Positions 30,010 through 42,613 are shown, counted from the stretch's first letter. The stretch: DNA of 64,000 nt from an uncultured Gammaproteobacteria bacterium (GCA_963705725.1 CAVPKM010000018.1:70860-134859), one strand, 5' to 3'. Program-made: numbers and translations. Notes: generated by a model not told the origin, from the letters alone.

Positions 30010-32610
30010 CTAGTCTTTTCCAATTAACTTAGCTTTAATCCAAGGAATCACAGAAGTCAAAGCCTGGTCAAGATTATTTAATTCAACTCCTCCGCCTTGA
30101 GCCATATCAGGTCTTCCTCCACCTTTGCCTCCAATCTGTGCGGCAACATAGTTAATTAACTCTCCAGCATGTACCTTACTACTAAATTTTTTACTCACCC
30201 CTGCATTTAATATTATTTTATTTTGCATAATCGATGCTAAAAGGATAACGCTATCACCCAATTCTCCTTTAAGCATATCTGTTGTCTCTCGAAGAAGTTT
30301 GGGATCTGCTTCCTTTACCAGCAACGCTACAACCTTAATCCCATCTATTTCAATTGCACTTGAAATTAAATCCTTGCTGCGATTTAAAACAATCTGATGC
30401 CTCAAGTGCTCAACTTCTTTTTCTAAGGTTTTATTATTTTGAAGGGTTTGCTGTAATTTTTCAACTATTTTTTCACGTGAAACAGATAATATTTCTGTAA
30501 TTTTACCAATTGACTGGTCGAGTTGATGCATCCATTCGTAAGCTTGCCTTCCGGTAACCGCTTCAATTCGTCGAACTCCAGCAGAAATTCCGGTTTCTAG
30601 AATAATTTTAAAAAGTCCAATTTCTCCCGTCTGTTTAACATGCGTCCCTCCACATAATTCAATAGAAAAATCTCCGATGCTTAACATGCGCACTTCTGTG
30701 CCATATTTTTCACCAAATAAAGCAAGCGCACCCTTGCTTACGGCTTGCTCTGGAGTAGTTAATTCTGTTTTTGCTGTTAAATTCGCGCTAATTTGTTTAT
30801 TTACTAATGATTCAATATGATAAATTTGCTCGGCAGTAAGTGGTTCAAAATGAGAAAAGTCGAAACGAAGCTTATCAATTGCTACAAGCGATCCTTTTTG
30901 AGCGACATGGTCGCCTAGAATGCGCCTCAACGCAGAATGGAGCAGATGAGTAGCCGTATGGTTTAACATGATCGCTTTACGAGAAGAATCAACTTCAGCG
31001 TTAACATGATCTCCAACCCTCAATTCTCCACTACGCAAACAACCATAATGCAAATAAACTAAACCTTTCTTCTTAGTATCCTTGACTTGAAAATTGCCAT
31101 TTTCAAAGAAAAGCTCGCCACAATCCCCTATCTGGCCACCCGCCTCCGCATAAAAGGGTGTACGATTTAAAATAACGATTGCCTCTTGGTCTTTGCTTAA
31201 AAACTGAACAGGCTGGTGATGATAAAGTAATGCGATTACCGTTCCTTGATCGCTTAGGCGATCATGACCAGTAAATTCTGTTTCACCCTCGATAGCTAAG
31301 TCATGTTGTATATCCATTACAAAACGACTAGCCTGTTGTGATTGTTGTCGTTGTTTTAACATTTCTCGCTCAAAAGCTGGATAATCTATAATCAGATTTT
31401 TTTCGCGAGCGATATCTCCTGTTAAATCAGGCGGAAATCCATAAGTATCATACAGTTTAAAAACAATCTCTCCTGGAATAATATTCGTCGATAAGCTCTT
31501 AATTTCTTGTTCCAGCAGTTTTAATCCTTGTTCAAGGGTACTTGAAAATTGTTCCTCTTCTTTTAATAATATTTTCTGAATAAAATCTTGTTTTTGCTTA
31601 AGTTCTGGATAAGCGTCGCCCATTACTTCGACAAGGTTGGGTACTAATTGATAGAAAAAGGGTTGATATAAATTTAGTTTATTACCATGACGTATTGCTC
31701 TTCGTATGATTCGTCGCAGCACATAGCCCCTCCCTTCATTTGAGGGAACCACTCCTTCAGCTATTAAGAATGAGCAAGAACGAATATGATCAGCAATCAC
31801 CCGAAGTGAAGTATTATCCAGATCATCTATATTTGCCATTTTAGCTATTTTACTAATCAAATGCCGAAATATGTCTATATCGTAATTACTATGCACTCCT
31901 TGCAAAACTGCTGAAACACGCTCTAATCCCATCCCGGTATCTACAGCTGGGGCGGGAAGTGGTGTCAACGTACCGTCTGATGCCCGGTTAAATTGCATAA
32001 AAACTAAATTCCAAATTTCAACATAGCGATCACCATCTGCTTCATTAGAACCTGGGGGTCCCCCAGGAATTTCTGGGCCGTGATCGTAAAATATTTCAGT
32101 GCAAGGGCCACAAGGTCCAGTATCTCCCATCGACCAAAAATTATCTTCATCACAACGAGAAAAACGCGCTGGGCTGATTTTAATTTCCTCTAGCCAAATA
32201 GCAGCTGATTCATCGTCGTCTTTATAAACTGTCACCCATAATTTCTCAGGTGGTAATCCTAATATTTCAGTCAAAAACTTCCAAGCATAGTTAATTGCTT
32301 CTCGTTTAAAATACAGCCCGAAACTAAAATTCCCTAACATCTCAAAGAAGGTATGATGCCTAGCAGTATTACCCACGTTCTCCAGATCATTATGCTTACC
32401 CCCAGCACGAAGACAACGTTGAACACTCGCTGCAGTGGGATAAGGCGGTTGCTTCTTGCCCAGAAAATAGTCTTTAAATTGCACCATTCCGGCATTAGTA
32501 AAAAGTAATGTTGGATCATCAGCAGGAACTAAAGTACTGCTTGGGACGACTTCATGATTTAACTTTTTAAAATATTCAATAAATTTTTTACGTAATTCAT
32601 TACTATTCAT
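30010..32610 (-). CDS. alaS: Alanine--tRNA ligase
   Basis: LLFTNAGMVQFK, HHTFFEMLGNFSFG, HTATH...ELCGGTH, GGKGGGRPDMAQGG. Confidence 0.99.
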   Translation of the reverse strand: MNSNELRKKFIEYFKKLNHEVVPSSTLVPADDPTLLFTNAGMVQFKDYFLGKKQPPYPTAASVQRCLRAGGKHNDLENVGNTARHHTFFEMLGNFSFGLYFKREAINYAWKFLTEILGLPPEKLWVTVYKDDDESAAIWLEEIKISPARFSRCDEDNFWSMGDTGPCGPCTEIFYDHGPEIPGGPPGSNEADGDRYVEIWNLVFMQFNRASDGTLTPLPAPAVDTGMGLERVSAVLQGVHSNYDIDIFRHLISKIAKMANIDDLDNTSLRVIADHIRSCSFLIAEGVVPSNEGRGYVLRRIIRRAIRHGNKLNLYQPFFYQLVPNLVEVMGDAYPELKQKQDFIQKILLKEEEQFSSTLEQGLKLLEQEIKSLSTNIIPGEIVFKLYDTYGFPPDLTGDIAREKNLIIDYPAFEREMLKQRQQSQQASRFVMDIQHDLAIEGETEFTGHDRLSDQGTVIALLYHHQPVQFLSKDQEAIVILNRTPFYAEAGGQIGDCGELFFENGNFQVKDTKKKGLVYLHYGCLRSGELRVGDHVNAEVDSSRKAIMLNHTATHLLHSALRRILGDHVAQKGSLVAIDKLRFDFSHFEPLTAEQIYHIESLVNKQISANLTAKTELTTPEQAVSKGALALFGEKYGTEVRMLSIGDFSIELCGGTHVKQTGEIGLFKIILETGISAGVRRIEAVTGRQAYEWMHQLDQSIGKITEILSVSREKIVEKLQQTLQNNKTLEKEVEHLRHQIVLNRSKDLISSAIEIDGIKVVALLVKEADPKLLRETTDMLKGELGDSVILLASIMQNKIILNAGVSKKFSSKVHAGELINYVAAQIGGKGGGRPDMAQGGGVELNNLDQALTSVIPWIKAKLIGKD

Positions 32611-33065
32611 AGATTCTCAACTGTAGACAATGCGACTAATATCTGATTTTGATCAAAACCACGATACTGGAAGAAACGAATTTGTCGCTGTTTTTTTTCA
32701 GATTCCAAAAAGAAATGCCTCACACCGAATTTTTTTTCACTCATTTGTCTGATAATTTCGAGCCACTCGTTTTTATAAAAAGTTAATGCTTCGCTAATCA
32801 TTTTTTTATCAATGCCTGTTATAGAAAGCTCATGTGCAATATGTAATGGTCCGAAATGCTTAGCTGATCTCCTACGAATATAAGACTCAACAAAACGCAG
32901 ATCACTTTGTAAGTCGAGCTTGATCAGCCACTCTATTACCTCTTCAATCGCATCTAATTCGTAACCGCGTTGCAACAATTTTCTCTTTAGCTCTTTCTCC
33001 CCATGCTCTCGCCTAGCTAGTAGCCTTAAAGCAGACTCTTTAATGTCTGATTTTTTTTTAATCAA
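32607..33065 (-). CDS. recX: Regulatory protein RecX
   Basis: [15 protein letters not shown]...RFFQYRGF; directly downstream of recA. Confidence 0.93.
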   Translation of the reverse strand: MIKKKSDIKESALRLLARREHGEKELKRKLLQRGYELDAIEEVIEWLIKLDLQSDLRFVESYIRRRSAKHFGPLHIAHELSITGIDKKMISEALTFYKNEWLEIIRQMSEKKFGVRHFFLESEKKQRQIRFFQYRGFDQNQILVALSTVENL

Positions 33066-34108
33066 GCTTCTTCTTCAACCATTGCGGCAGTGTTTAAAGC
33101 GGCAGATTGTTGGAAAATCAATTTGCTACGAATTAGCCCCTCAATTTCAGCAGTGATGGTTGGATTTTCTTTCAAGAAGTTTCTGACATTATCCTTACCT
33201 TGACCAATTCGATTTCCCCTAAAGCTATACCAAGCCCCGGACTTTTCGACAAAGCCATTTTGCACGCCTAATTCAATAATCTCACCTTCGCGCGATATAC
33301 CTTCCCCGTATAAAATATCAAATTCTGTTTGTTTAAAGGGAGGCGCCATCTTGTTTTTGACCACTTTAATTCTTGTCTCACTTCCCAAAATTTCTTCGCC
33401 TTTTTTAATATTTCCAATTCGTCGAATATCAAGCCTAACTGAAGCATAGAACTTTAGGGCATTCCCGCCTGTGGTCGTTTCAGGGCTTCCGAACATTACA
33501 CCAATTTTCATACGAATTTGGTTAATAAAAATAACCATGGTATTTGAACGATTAATATTTCCAGCAAGTTTGCGAAGTGCTTGGGACATTAATCTTGCTT
33601 GTAGCCCAACGTGGAGGTCTCCCATTTCTCCTTCTATTTCTGCCTTAGGGGTTAACGCAGCGACTGAATCAACGACGATAACATCCACTGCACCTGACCT
33701 TACAAATACATCCACGATTTCTAAGGCTTGCTCACCTGTGTCTGGCTGGGAAACTAATAATTCATCAACGTTGCTTCCTAATTTTTCCGCGTAACTTGGA
33801 TCAAGAGCATGTTCCGCATCAATAAAAGCCGCAGAGCCGCCACGTTTTTGACACTCAGCGATAACTTGTAACGCGAGCGTTGTTTTCCCTGATGATTCAG
33901 GACCATAAATTTCGATAATTCTACCTCGTGGCAATCCTCCTATGCCTAAAGCAATATCAAGACCCAATGACCCTGTTGAGATGGCATCTTCTGCTTCAGC
34001 AATAGGCTTATCGCCTAATCTCATGACAGTCCCTTTCCCAAAATTTCTTTCAATCTGACTGAGCGCTGCAGCTAAGGCCTTCTCTTTATTATCTTGATTA
34101 TCTGGCAT
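33062..34108 (-). CDS. recA: Recombinase RecA
   Basis: [37 protein letters not shown]; likely start MPDNQD at 34108. Confidence 0.99.
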   Translation of the reverse strand: MPDNQDNKEKALAAALSQIERNFGKGTVMRLGDKPIAEAEDAISTGSLGLDIALGIGGLPRGRIIEIYGPESSGKTTLALQVIAECQKRGGSAAFIDAEHALDPSYAEKLGSNVDELLVSQPDTGEQALEIVDVFVRSGAVDVIVVDSVAALTPKAEIEGEMGDLHVGLQARLMSQALRKLAGNINRSNTMVIFINQIRMKIGVMFGSPETTTGGNALKFYASVRLDIRRIGNIKKGEEILGSETRIKVVKNKMAPPFKQTEFDILYGEGISREGEIIELGVQNGFVEKSGAWYSFRGNRIGQGKDNVRNFLKENPTITAEIEGLIRSKLIFQQSAALNTAAMVEEEA

Positions 34109-34285
34109 ATAAAACCTCGGATTTAATTTAAAAAAATGAGCTGAATGGTTACCCTTATTATTCCATAAATTATGGCTTGTAGCATACCGTACCTCTAAAA
34201 AAGAAGCACTAAGCAATATTTATCAGTATACTCTTGGATTTTTAAAAATGAGCTGAATAGCTCTTATTAAATTTCATGACATAGA

Positions 34286-36901
34286 ATGGTATGCAAAATG
34301 AAAAATCTACAGCTGACTTACCCCCCCATGATGCAACAATATTTAAAGATCAAGGCTGATTTTCCGGATACCTTGGTTTTTTACCGGCTGGGTGATTTTT
34401 ATGAGCTTTTTTTTGATGACGCAATAAAAGCAGCAAGACTATTGGATATCACCTTAACTGCCAGAGGTCAAGCTTCTGGCAACCCCATTCCCATGGCGGG
34501 TGTTCCTTTTCATGCCGCAGACAACTATTTAAGTCGACTGATTAAACAAGGCGAATCGGTGGTAATTTGTGAGCAGGTAGGCGATCCCGCCCTAACAAAG
34601 GGCCCGCTTGAAAGAAAAGTGACCCGCATATTAACGCCAGGCACAGTAATTGACGAAGCATTACTTGATCACAAAAAAGATAATAACTTGCTGGCAATCT
34701 ATCATGAAACAGCTGAATATGGCTTAGCTTGTCTTGATTTATCTTGTGGGCATTTTAATATTTTAGTTCTGCCTTCTTTTGAAGCGCTAGTCAATGAACT
34801 TGATCGACTTAAGCCAGCTGAAATTTTATTACAAGAAGGAAGCGAGTTAGCTCAGCTCACTTACCAAGGGATAAGGGCGAGACCTAGGTGGGAATTTGAT
34901 TTCAGTACAGCCACACAACTTTTAAACGAGCAATTTGAAACAAAGGATTTAAGTGGTTTTGGGGTAAATCAACGACATTACCTGGCAATTTGTGCAGCAG
35001 GCTGCTTGTTTCAGTTCGTTCGTTACACTCAAAAACAATTTCTCCCTCATTTAAGGAAATTGATTGTAGGATCTTCAGAAGATAGCGTGATCATTGATTC
35101 TGCTTCTCAACGCAATTTGGAGTTAACACAAAATTTAACGGGTGGTCGTGACAATACTTTACTGGCGATCATGGATGAAACCAAGACCCCCATGGGAAGC
35201 CGCTTACTAGCAAGGTGGCTGCTTAAGCCCTTAAGAAATCAAACGTCTGTGCAAGAACGACAAGGAGCGATCGCTTGCCTTTTACCTTCCCATTATAAAA
35301 TATTTCAAAAAGCACTATCAGGCATAGGAGATATAGAGAGAATTTTAACTCGCATCGCATTTAAATCTGCAAGACCTCGAGACTTAGTTCACCTTCGTGA
35401 AACCCTACTAATTATTCCAGAGCTCAAAACAGAGCTAATACGATTACATTGCTCATTACAGCAAAAACAGTCACAACAATCGTCAATTTTACAACAGGTC
35501 ACTCACCAATTAACGGATTTCTCAATGCTTTCTGCTCTATTACAAAAAGCATTAGTAGAATGCCCACCTGTCATACTGCGTGATGGGGGAGTGATTGCAT
35601 CAGGTTATGATCCTGAGCTCGATGAACTGCGATCGCTTAGTGAGGATTGCAGTCGATTCCTACTTGAGATGGAACAAAAAGAAAAATTGCGCACGGGGAT
35701 TGCTTCACTTAAGGTTGGTTACAATCGAATTCATGGCTTTTATATTGAAATTGCTAAAAGTCATACTCTCGTTCCCCCCGTCGATTATATTCGGCGTCAA
35801 ACCATTAAAAATGCTGAACGATACATTACGCCAGAACTCAAAGAATTTGAAGAAAAGGTCTTGAATAGTCGCAGTAAGGCACTAGCACAAGAAAAAATTC
35901 TATACGAAAAACTGTTAGCTGATATTATGCTTCAACTTTCACCCTTACAATCTATGGCTGAAGCTGTTTCGCTTTTAGATGTGTTATGCAACCTCGCAGA
36001 ACGAGCGCAATCTTTAAATTTAACCTGTCCAATATTGACAGACAAACCTGGAATTCAGATTGAAGATGGCAGACATCTTGTTGTGGAACAAGTTAGTCAA
36101 CAACCTTTTATCGCAAATAATTTGATGCTAACTGATAAACAAAAAATGCTCATTATTACTGGACCAAATATGGGTGGGAAATCTACGTATATGCGCCAAA
36201 CAGCACTCATTGCCCTCCTTGCTTATGTGGGCAGCTATGTGCCTGCTAAACAAGCCTCGATTGGTCCAATCGATCGCATTTTTACCCGTATTGGTGCTGC
36301 TGATGATTTAGCAAGCGGCAAATCCACTTTTATGGTAGAGATGACAGAAGCAGCAATTATTTTAAATAATGCCACGGCAGCAAGTTTGATTTTACTAGAT
36401 GAAATTGGTCGTGGCACCAGTACTTTTGATGGGTTGGCACTGGCATGGGCATCTGCTGCTTATATTGCAGAAAAAATAGGAGCTTTTACCCTATTTGCTA
36501 CGCACTATTTTGAATTAACTGCTTTAAATAAGCACTATCCTTGCGTTCAAAATATTCATTTTAGTGCGGTAGAATCGGGCAATAAAATTATTTTTCTTCA
36601 TAAAGTTCATGACGGCCCGGCTAATAAAAGCTATGGGATACAAGTAGCCCAATTAGCAGGCGTACCTCATACAGTTATTCAGATGGCAAAGAAAAAATTA
36701 CTTGAACTTGAAAGTCCTCAACTTAGCAAAGAAGAGCCGATACAACTTAACTTATTTAAAAACTGCCAGTATCAGGAATTATTAGACCTATTGCAACAAA
36801 TCAAACCCGATGAAATTACTCTTAAAGAAGCATTATCGTTGCTCTACCGATTGCAATCCCTCTCGGTACCTACCAAAAAAAACCCTGTTATGGAAAACTA
36901 A
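34286..36901 (+). CDS. mutS: DNA mismatch repair protein MutS
   Basis: PPMMQQY...[30 protein letters not shown]. Confidence 0.99.
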   Translation: MVCKMKNLQLTYPPMMQQYLKIKADFPDTLVFYRLGDFYELFFDDAIKAARLLDITLTARGQASGNPIPMAGVPFHAADNYLSRLIKQGESVVICEQVGDPALTKGPLERKVTRILTPGTVIDEALLDHKKDNNLLAIYHETAEYGLACLDLSCGHFNILVLPSFEALVNELDRLKPAEILLQEGSELAQLTYQGIRARPRWEFDFSTATQLLNEQFETKDLSGFGVNQRHYLAICAAGCLFQFVRYTQKQFLPHLRKLIVGSSEDSVIIDSASQRNLELTQNLTGGRDNTLLAIMDETKTPMGSRLLARWLLKPLRNQTSVQERQGAIACLLPSHYKIFQKALSGIGDIERILTRIAFKSARPRDLVHLRETLLIIPELKTELIRLHCSLQQKQSQQSSILQQVTHQLTDFSMLSALLQKALVECPPVILRDGGVIASGYDPELDELRSLSEDCSRFLLEMEQKEKLRTGIASLKVGYNRIHGFYIEIAKSHTLVPPVDYIRRQTIKNAERYITPELKEFEEKVLNSRSKALAQEKILYEKLLADIMLQLSPLQSMAEAVSLLDVLCNLAERAQSLNLTCPILTDKPGIQIEDGRHLVVEQVSQQPFIANNLMLTDKQKMLIITGPNMGGKSTYMRQTALIALLAYVGSYVPAKQASIGPIDRIFTRIGAADDLASGKSTFMVEMTEAAIILNNATAASLILLDEIGRGTSTFDGLALAWASAAYIAEKIGAFTLFATHYFELTALNKHYPCVQNIHFSAVESGNKIIFLHKVHDGPANKSYGIQVAQLAGVPHTVIQMAKKKLLELESPQLSKEEPIQLNLFKNCQYQELLDLLQQIKPDEITLKEALSLLYRLQSLSVPTKKNPVMEN

Positions 36902-37644
36902 CGGTCACGCGCTTTTCGAAGAGGCTTACGCAGCGCGTCAATGCCGCTTTGTTCTAATGTATCCCAACTACCAGCTCGAAGCGACCTGGGTAAAGCAATG
37001 GCCCCATATCGAATGCGAATCAAGCGACTCACTCTAACCTGTTGTGACTCCCAAAGACGTCGAACTAATCGATTTCGTCCTTCACGCACCACCACATGAT
37101 ACCAGTGATTACAGCCTTCTCCCCCTGAATAGGCAATAGATTCGAATTTGGCCATTCCATCTTCTAACATGACGCCTTTTTTCATTTTAGCCAGCATTTC
37201 CTTATCCACTTCACCATAAATACGAACGGCATATTCGCGCTCAACTTCATTGGATGGATGCATTAATTGACTCGCTAATTCTCCGTCATTAGTGAAAAGC
37301 AATAACCCTGAGGTATTCACATCCAGTCGACCAATTGCTACCCACCTCCCTTCAGTCAGTTTGGGCAAATTATCAAATACTAATGAACGATTTTTATCAT
37401 CTTTTTTCGAGGTGACTTCACCCAAAGGTTTATTGTATAGCAGTACGCGACATTTTGGTTTCAAAAGCATGACTGGTGAAATTGACCTACCATCGACAGT
37501 AATCGCAGTATGTTTATCCACTTTATCTCCAAGCTTGGCCAATTGCCCATTAATCATGACACGACCCTGAATTATCCATTCCTCTATCTTCCGACGAGAA
37601 CCCAATCCTGCCCTTGCCAAAACTTTTTGTAATCTTTCACTCAT
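36898..37644 (-). CDS. rluB: 23S rRNA pseudouridine synthase B
   Basis: S4 domain [30 protein letters not shown]. Confidence 0.93.
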   Translation of the reverse strand: MSERLQKVLARAGLGSRRKIEEWIIQGRVMINGQLAKLGDKVDKHTAITVDGRSISPVMLLKPKCRVLLYNKPLGEVTSKKDDKNRSLVFDNLPKLTEGRWVAIGRLDVNTSGLLLFTNDGELASQLMHPSNEVEREYAVRIYGEVDKEMLAKMKKGVMLEDGMAKFESIAYSGGEGCNHWYHVVVREGRNRLVRRLWESQQVRVSRLIRIRYGAIALPRSLRAGSWDTLEQSGIDALRKPLRKARDR

Positions 37645-38236
37645 TTATTGCTTCTATTTTTATGTTATTAGCTCGTTCAATTGCTTGAAAATCAAGCAGT
37701 GACTCAATTGTTTCAAGGCTTTGCATCTCAGCAAGAGGGGGTAGCTCGGCTAACCCCTTCAAGTTAAAATCATCCAAGAACTGCTTGGTGGTAACATAAA
37801 GCGCAGGCTTACCAGGCACTTCTTTATAACCAATTATTTTTATCCAATCACGTTCCTGCAGGGTTTTCATAATATTAGTACTTACCGCAACGCCTCTAAT
37901 ATCTTCAATTTCTGCTCTTGTAATGGGTTGCCTATACACGATTAACGCAAGCGTTTCTAGCAAAGCACGAGAATATTTAGTCGGCCGCTCTAACCAAATT
38001 TTTTGAATCCAAGGAGAAATTTCTTGCCTAATTTGAAAGCGATAACCACTTGCTACTTCAATTAATTCTATTGCTCGACCTTGATACTCGGCACTAATGC
38101 AATCAATATATGCTTTGATTGCTGTGACCTCAAGCGCTTCATTTTCAAAAATTTTCCCTATCTGCTCAATACTTAATGGTTGTTCTGAAGCTAGAATCGC
38201 TCCTTCTATAATTTTTTTGTAATCGATTGAAAACAT
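37637..38236 (-). CDS. scpB: SMC-ScpAB subunit ScpB
   Basis: LETLALIVYRQPITRAEIEDIRGV. Confidence 0.96.
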   Translation of the reverse strand: MFSIDYKKIIEGAILASEQPLSIEQIGKIFENEALEVTAIKAYIDCISAEYQGRAIELIEVASGYRFQIRQEISPWIQKIWLERPTKYSRALLETLALIVYRQPITRAEIEDIRGVAVSTNIMKTLQERDWIKIIGYKEVPGKPALYVTTKQFLDDFNLKGLAELPPLAEMQSLETIESLLDFQAIERANNIKIEAINE

Positions 38237-38247
38237 AATCTTGTCCC

Positions 38248-39027
38248 CTAAAGGCTTGTAGCGGCACGAAGATGAATAGGTGCGTAGGGTTTAGATTGTA
38301 CAATTTCAATGAGCGACTGGCGAATTAATTCCAAGATGGCAATAAAGGTGACAACCACTCCAATTCGACCTTCTTCCAGAGAAAAAAAATCTGAAAATAC
38401 TCTAAATTTATCTGATGTAATTTTATCGAGAATGTGCGTCATTCGCTCTCGTATCGATAAAGACTCCATTTTAATTTGATGATGCTGTTTGAGTTTCGCA
38501 TTACGCATGACATCAGTCAGCGCGATTAATAAATCTTTCAGCTCGACTTGAGGAAGTACCTTAACGGGTTGCAACTGGCAAAAGACGGGTTGAATGAGAA
38601 AAATCTCTCTTTCAACCCTGGGCAAATGATCCAATTCAACTGCTGCTTTTTTAAATTGCTCATATTCCTGCAATCGCCTGACTAACTCAGCACGAGGATC
38701 CGATTCTTCAGGTCCGGCACTCGTTTGTTTTGGTAATAGCAACCGCGATTTAACTTCAGCAAGAAAGGCTGCCATAACAAGATATTCAGCTGCAAGCTCC
38801 AAATTCATATTTTTCATCATATCGACATAGGCAATATACTGTTTAGTCACCTCAGCAATGGGAATATCTAAAATATCAATATTTTGCTTTTTTATAAGAT
38901 AAAGTAATAAATCAAGCGGCCCCTCAAATGCTTCCAAAAAAACACGTAATGCATCTGGCGGAATATATAAGTCTTGAGGAATCTCTAGATAAGGTTGGCC
39001 GTTAATAATGGCAATTGCTTGTTGCAT
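38248..39027 (-). CDS. scpA: SMC-ScpAB subunit ScpA
   Basis: FEGPLDLLLYLIK...AAEYLVMAA. Confidence 0.96.
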   Translation of the reverse strand: MQQAIAIINGQPYLEIPQDLYIPPDALRVFLEAFEGPLDLLLYLIKKQNIDILDIPIAEVTKQYIAYVDMMKNMNLELAAEYLVMAAFLAEVKSRLLLPKQTSAGPEESDPRAELVRRLQEYEQFKKAAVELDHLPRVEREIFLIQPVFCQLQPVKVLPQVELKDLLIALTDVMRNAKLKQHHQIKMESLSIRERMTHILDKITSDKFRVFSDFFSLEEGRIGVVVTFIAILELIRQSLIEIVQSKPYAPIHLRAATSL

Positions 39028-39168
39028 GGGCTAATTCAAACCGTAATTCTTTAGGGCTAGTCTAACTTGTCTGAGATTAATGGACAACTTTAATTGACTC
39101 TTTACGTGGTTACGCTCAAAATTGATTGTAATTCTTTACTAGCAAGGTGAATAACCTCTTGGAGCAAC

Positions 39169-39717
39169 ATGAAACTACTATTTGATTTTTTACCCATTTT
39201 TTTATTTTTTATCACTTACAAATTATACGGCATTTATGCCGCAACAATAGTGGCCATTGCAGGCTCACTAATACAAGTAGTCACCCACAGAATCAAACAT
39301 AAACGCTATGAAAGTATGCATTTGATCACCTTCTTCTCCATCTTTCTTTTAGGAGGAGCAACGCTTGTCATGCACAATGAAATTTTTATTAAGTGGAAGC
39401 CCACTATTTTATATTGGCTTTTAGCTATCCTCTTTCTTATTACTTCTTATTTTGGGAAAAAGCCTGTTTTACAACGATTGATGGAAGCCAGTATCCAGCT
39501 ACCTACTACCACTTGGCGGCGTCTAAATATGAGCTGGTCAGTTTTTTTTCTGTTTTTAGGATTACTCAACTTATACGTGGTCTACCATTACACTACTAAC
39601 ACTTGGGTTAATTTTAAATTATTCGGCACACTCGGCTTAACGCTTTTGTTTGTCATAGGACAAAGTTTATATATGACAAAAAATGCCTTAACTCAATCTA
39701 ATGAAAAAAAATTGTAA
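39169..39717 (+). CDS. yciB: Inner membrane septation protein A (YciB/IspZ)
   Basis: FIKWKPTI...WVNFKLFG; multi-TM. Confidence 0.93.
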   Translation: MKLLFDFLPIFLFFITYKLYGIYAATIVAIAGSLIQVVTHRIKHKRYESMHLITFFSIFLLGGATLVMHNEIFIKWKPTILYWLLAILFLITSYFGKKPVLQRLMEASIQLPTTTWRRLNMSWSVFFLFLGLLNLYVVYHYTTNTWVNFKLFGTLGLTLLFVIGQSLYMTKNALTQSNEKKL

Positions 39718-39742
39718 CACAGCTAAAGGAACGTCACTTTAT

Positions 39743-40009
39743 ATGACCAACGAACAACGTATCGATTGGATGAAAGAACGTTTAATTGCAGCGTTTAACC
39801 CTTCCTTCCTTGTCATTCATGATCTGAGTCATAAACATGAAGGTCATGAAGGCGCAAAAGGTGGCGCAGGCCATTTCTCGTTAGAAATTACTGCCACCCA
39901 GTTCGAAAATGTTTCCCTTATTATCGCCCACCGAATGATTTATGAAATTTTAGCTAGCGCTATCCCATCTGAAATTCATGCGTTAAAAATTAAAATACGA
40001 AACGAGTAA
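39743..40009 (+). CDS. bolA: BolA family protein
   Basis: SHKHEGH...GHF...HRMIY...IHAL; likely start MTNEQR at 39743. Confidence 0.88.
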   Translation: MTNEQRIDWMKERLIAAFNPSFLVIHDLSHKHEGHEGAKGGAGHFSLEITATQFENVSLIIAHRMIYEILASAIPSEIHALKIKIRNE

Positions 40010-40059
40010 CTATTCGCCATAGATACGAGTGTCGCTCCTCTGTTAACTTGAAGATGCGA

Positions 40060-41129
40060 TTACCGCTTTTGTATTAGATAAGCTTGCTGATAATCCCTAA
40101 GCGCATTAAATTCCAGATGAGGTTTAATTCTTTTCACATGTGTAGACAATATACTAAAGCCATATCTTTTCATTTCTTTTTGCTTAATAGCCAGATGTGT
40201 TCTTCCTGTTGCGATCAAATGCCCATCATCCTTCAGGAGATTGTTTATAATTTGAATATTATCTATGGCATTTTTGTATGAGGCGACTTCTACATTTAAC
40301 GGGCCACCTGAAGAAATAACGACATCCACCTTTCCTAGATATTCTTGATATTCAGGGAGTTTCTGAAAGTCGTCCAGTGTAGTACAGATCACCGTTGCCT
40401 GCTGACCAAACGTTTCAAGCAGGGTCTTAGCTTCTAAAGACTGCAACTCATTTGGTTCAATTAAAATATAATTAATTTTCATGCAAGAGTTTGTTGCCAC
40501 CTCAATAATTTTTTTAGCCACTCTTCCATTGCCACCACCTACATCAAAAACAATCAATTCACTGTTTTGACGAGTGATCAGCACTTTTTCAAACCCTTCA
40601 ATGGTAATAGGATCAATTTCGCATCTATAAGAATCCTGAACTTCTTTAGTAAACCATGTGCCTTCTCTAGTAGACCAAAAACTTATATCTAAGGCGCTAG
40701 TATTTTTTCGACGTTTCTTTGGCAGACGAATTTCAACGCAATTATTGGGAAGGCTGTCGACGAGGCTTTTCAGTGATGAAAGTATGTCATCTGCAGTCCT
40801 TTCTTTTATTAAATAGTAAGCACTTTCTCCTTGCTTAGAAGTAAAATCCAGGATACAGGTCGCTTTACCAAAATATGAAATAAAGCCTAAACGTATATAA
40901 GAAATTTTTATTCTCTTCAGCACATCACTATGATTTTTCACGATTAAATTGACGCTGTGCTGAATAGCAATTGGGCCATATCGGGATTCAAATGCCGAGT
41001 ACTCGAAGGAAAACACATCATTCCATGGAATGGACTAGATAATAACTTTATTCGATTGGAAATATCTTCTAATTGTTCTGCAGCAGATTTTTGGGACCCG
41101 ATTGCAAAATATTCTTCTAGCTGTTCCAT
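40060..41129 (-). pseudogene. Lineage-specific class I SAM-dependent methyltransferase-domain protein, probably frameshifted near 41020
   Basis: VFDVGGGNG motif I in ORF 40060-41016. Upstream frame MEQLEEYF...SPFHG from ATG 41129 joins it with a 1-nt shift. Confidence 0.55.
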
Positions 41130-41167
41130 GATTACCGCATTGAGTTTAAATAAATACAAGGAGGGGG

Positions 41168-41256
41168 TGGCGGAGAGAGAGGGATTCGAACCCTCGTGGG
41201 CATAAAGCCCCAGCCGATTTCGAGTCGGTGCCGTTTGGCCGCTTTGGTATCTCTCC
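41168..41256 (-). tRNA. tRNA-Ser(CGA)
   Basis: CCGA CT CGA AA TCGG anticodon arm; long variable arm; CCA. Confidence 0.93.
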
Positions 41257-41262
41257 TATTGA

Positions 41263-41982
41263 TCAGGAATTAGGAATATGAATCCCTAGGCGTTGCGAGG
41301 CGATTTCATAAGATTCGATCACATCGCCCATATCACGTCGAAATCGGTCCTTATCTAGTTTTTCACGAGTAATTTCATCCCAAATGCGACAGCCATCAGG
41401 TGTAAACTCATCACCGAGCATCACCTCGCCCTTATATCGGCCAAATTCTAATTTATAATCTACTAATAGCATGCCTGCTTTTAAAAAAAGTGGTTTAAGT
41501 AGCGCATTGACTTCATATGTGAATTTTTTCATAGCAGCAATTTCTGCGTCATTCGCCCAATCAAATGCCAGAATATAAGAATCATTGATCATGGGATCGT
41601 GCATCGCATCATTTTTATAAAAAAATTCAAAAATCGGTTGGTTGAGCTGGGTCCCTTCCTCAATTCCCAATCGCTTGCAAATGCTACCTGCTGCAATATT
41701 TCGAATCACACACTCAACAGGAATCATATCTAGCTTCCTTACCACAGATTCCACTTCTGAGCTGATTTCAATAAAATGGGTGGGGATGCCCTGTTCTTGT
41801 AAATAAGACATGATATAAGCATTAAAATAATTATTTACCCTACCCTTTCTTTCTAATTGTTTGACCTTGATACCATCGAAGGCGGAAGTATCGTCACGAA
41901 AATGTACAAGTAACAAATCTTTTTCGTTGGTGCTATAAAGCGTTTTGGCTTTTCCAGAATAAAGTTCAGCAAGTTTTTTCAT
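41263..41982 (-). CDS. purC: SAICAR synthetase
   Basis: LYSGKAK...[10 protein letters not shown]...[13 protein letters not shown]. Confidence 0.98.
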   Translation of the reverse strand: MKKLAELYSGKAKTLYSTNEKDLLLVHFRDDTSAFDGIKVKQLERKGRVNNYFNAYIMSYLQEQGIPTHFIEISSEVESVVRKLDMIPVECVIRNIAAGSICKRLGIEEGTQLNQPIFEFFYKNDAMHDPMINDSYILAFDWANDAEIAAMKKFTYEVNALLKPLFLKAGMLLVDYKLEFGRYKGEVMLGDEFTPDGCRIWDEITREKLDKDRFRRDMGDVIESYEIASQRLGIHIPNS

Positions 41983-41998
41983 TATTACCCCTTAAGAA

Positions 41999-42613
41999 TC
42001 AATCATTTAAAGATTGGGTTAACCGAGCTTGGAGTGTAGAATTTGAGGGCGTCACTGTAACAAGCGTACCATTACCCGACGGTTTCAAATTAACTTGATA
42101 AATTGGCATATCTTTTTTAACCTTCCCGCCGGTAGCAGAAGTATCGATAACGTAATAAGCACCCATTGGACGATCTTTTTCTACTACCTTGTAATTTATC
42201 CCCTGTAATACATGACCGACTTTTACCCACGCTTGATTATAATTAATCCCAACTGGCTTAGGCGCATTTGCTGGCGCAAAAGTATGACCTTGTATCTTCG
42301 CATTTTCTGCATTTCTGATTCGCTCTTGTTGAGACTCAACCATTGGCTTTGAGCCACCTTGAAGGTAATTACCTGGAGGGGTTAATGGTGGCACAGCATC
42401 GGTTGCTTCCCCTGCAGCTTGAGGAATTTCATAATAATCTTCCATATTTTTAGCGCTTAAATTTTGAGGAATCGCCACCGTCTTCTCAACCGGCACAACA
42501 TTTCGATAAGATTTGGTTTCATCTTTGAAAAACCCAAACTTATTACCCATTGAACTGCATGCTGTTAAACCTAGCACAGCCAGCACAATCCCGCTATATC
42601 TTATAATTTTCAT
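41999..42613 (-). CDS. bamC: BamC/NlpB-like outer-membrane lipoprotein
   Basis: Lipobox LTAC; conserved dapA-bamC-purC position. Confidence 0.7.
   Translation of the reverse strand: MKIIRYSGIVLAVLGLTACSSMGNKFGFFKDETKSYRNVVPVEKTVAIPQNLSAKNMEDYYEIPQAAGEATDAVPPLTPPGNYLQGGSKPMVESQQERIRNAENAKIQGHTFAPANAPKPVGINYNQAWVKVGHVLQGINYKVVEKDRPMGAYYVIDTSATGGKVKKDMPIYQVNLKPSGNGTLVTVTPSNSTLQARLTQSLND

Noticed and set aside
34109-34216. 36-aa N-terminal extension of RecA in the ORF track
   Set aside because: Homology begins at MPDNQD; the extension starts at an upstream TTG in intergenic DNA.
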